Assembly: GCF_006345805.1 (NCBI RefSeq)
Contig: NC_042997.1
Coordinates: 87,606,001-87,670,000, forward strand
Origin: Octopus sinensis
Taxonomy: Eukaryota
DNA: 64,000 bases
Direction of reading: 5' to 3'
Of the stretch, positions 63,444 to 64,000 are shown in pieces; the first letter of the stretch is position 1; the number at the start of each line of letters is the position of its first letter. The notes beneath the pieces were generated by a model. The model was not told the DNA's origin, ran no database searches, and saw nothing but the letters and a program-made list of their open reading frames with translations. The position numbers were made by a program, and so were the translations under genes.

Positions 63444-64000
63444 TACCAGGAATGTATATTAACATGAAATTTTGATAGATGGTTTTAATTTAGATCACTT
63501 TAAAATAGTAAGTTTGTATCATAGAACCAAGGACAGTCTCAGATCAGTTCATATTAAATGAATTGAAGAATTTAAATTTTTATTGATGAGAAAAATTTTA
63601 GTTTCACATATGCAATATGAATATCATTCTGAAGAGTGACTCAGTAAAATCACTCAATATTTTGTATGATTTTGTATTTAAATTTTATGTTTTTGGTTAT
63701 TATATGTTTTTTATTTTTTGTGTTGGTTGATTTTAATATTGTGCTGTCATCAAGTATGCTTCAGTTTTCACATTGAGCTCTGAACTTTTGACTCAGTGTT
63801 GTGTGTATTTTAAATCAGGCATGGGGGACCTTTTCCAAGAAGTGAGCTGTATGAAGCATGGTTCATCATCAGATGGGCCACACTATTAAAAAATTCAAGA
63901 TAATTTTTAGACATGTTATTCAGAAAGTCTTTCAGGTTGCAGTTTGCTCATGACTGTTTAAGATAAATTAAAGTTTATCATTATTGGCCAGCTAACAGTT

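Overview
AT-rich, microsatellite-dense, repeat-saturated animal genomic DNA. The SINE/LINE repertoire looks octopus/cephalopod-like (from recall, not a database result). I find no intact host protein-coding gene, rRNA, true tRNA gene or CRISPR array; almost all listed ORFs are microsatellite or repeat artefacts. The window holds decayed Penelope-like elements (PLEs; RT + GIY-YIG), RTE and CR1-group LINE fragments, three tRNA-derived SINE families (A, B, C), a DD37D Tc1/mariner relic, mariner/Tigger/hAT/piggyBac-type MITEs, a 3.2-kb non-autonomous Helitron and a near-perfect ~950-bp tandem duplication. Main highlight: a PLE-associated hammerhead ribozyme (HHR) system. (1) A very young ~2.5-kb non-coding, microsatellite-bodied element (46094-48585) has ~440-bp near-identical inverted arms, each carrying the same type I HHR pointing outward, and sits in the (TA)n core of a SINE. 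(2) A long-stem-II HHR (9825-9910) ends a PLE that a Helitron split 6 nt after its stop codon; the Helitron itself carries an RTE 3' tail. (3) Several decayed HHR-bearing PLE termini lie in or beside (TA)n tracts. Coordinates were read by eye: named motifs are exact, element edges are approximate.
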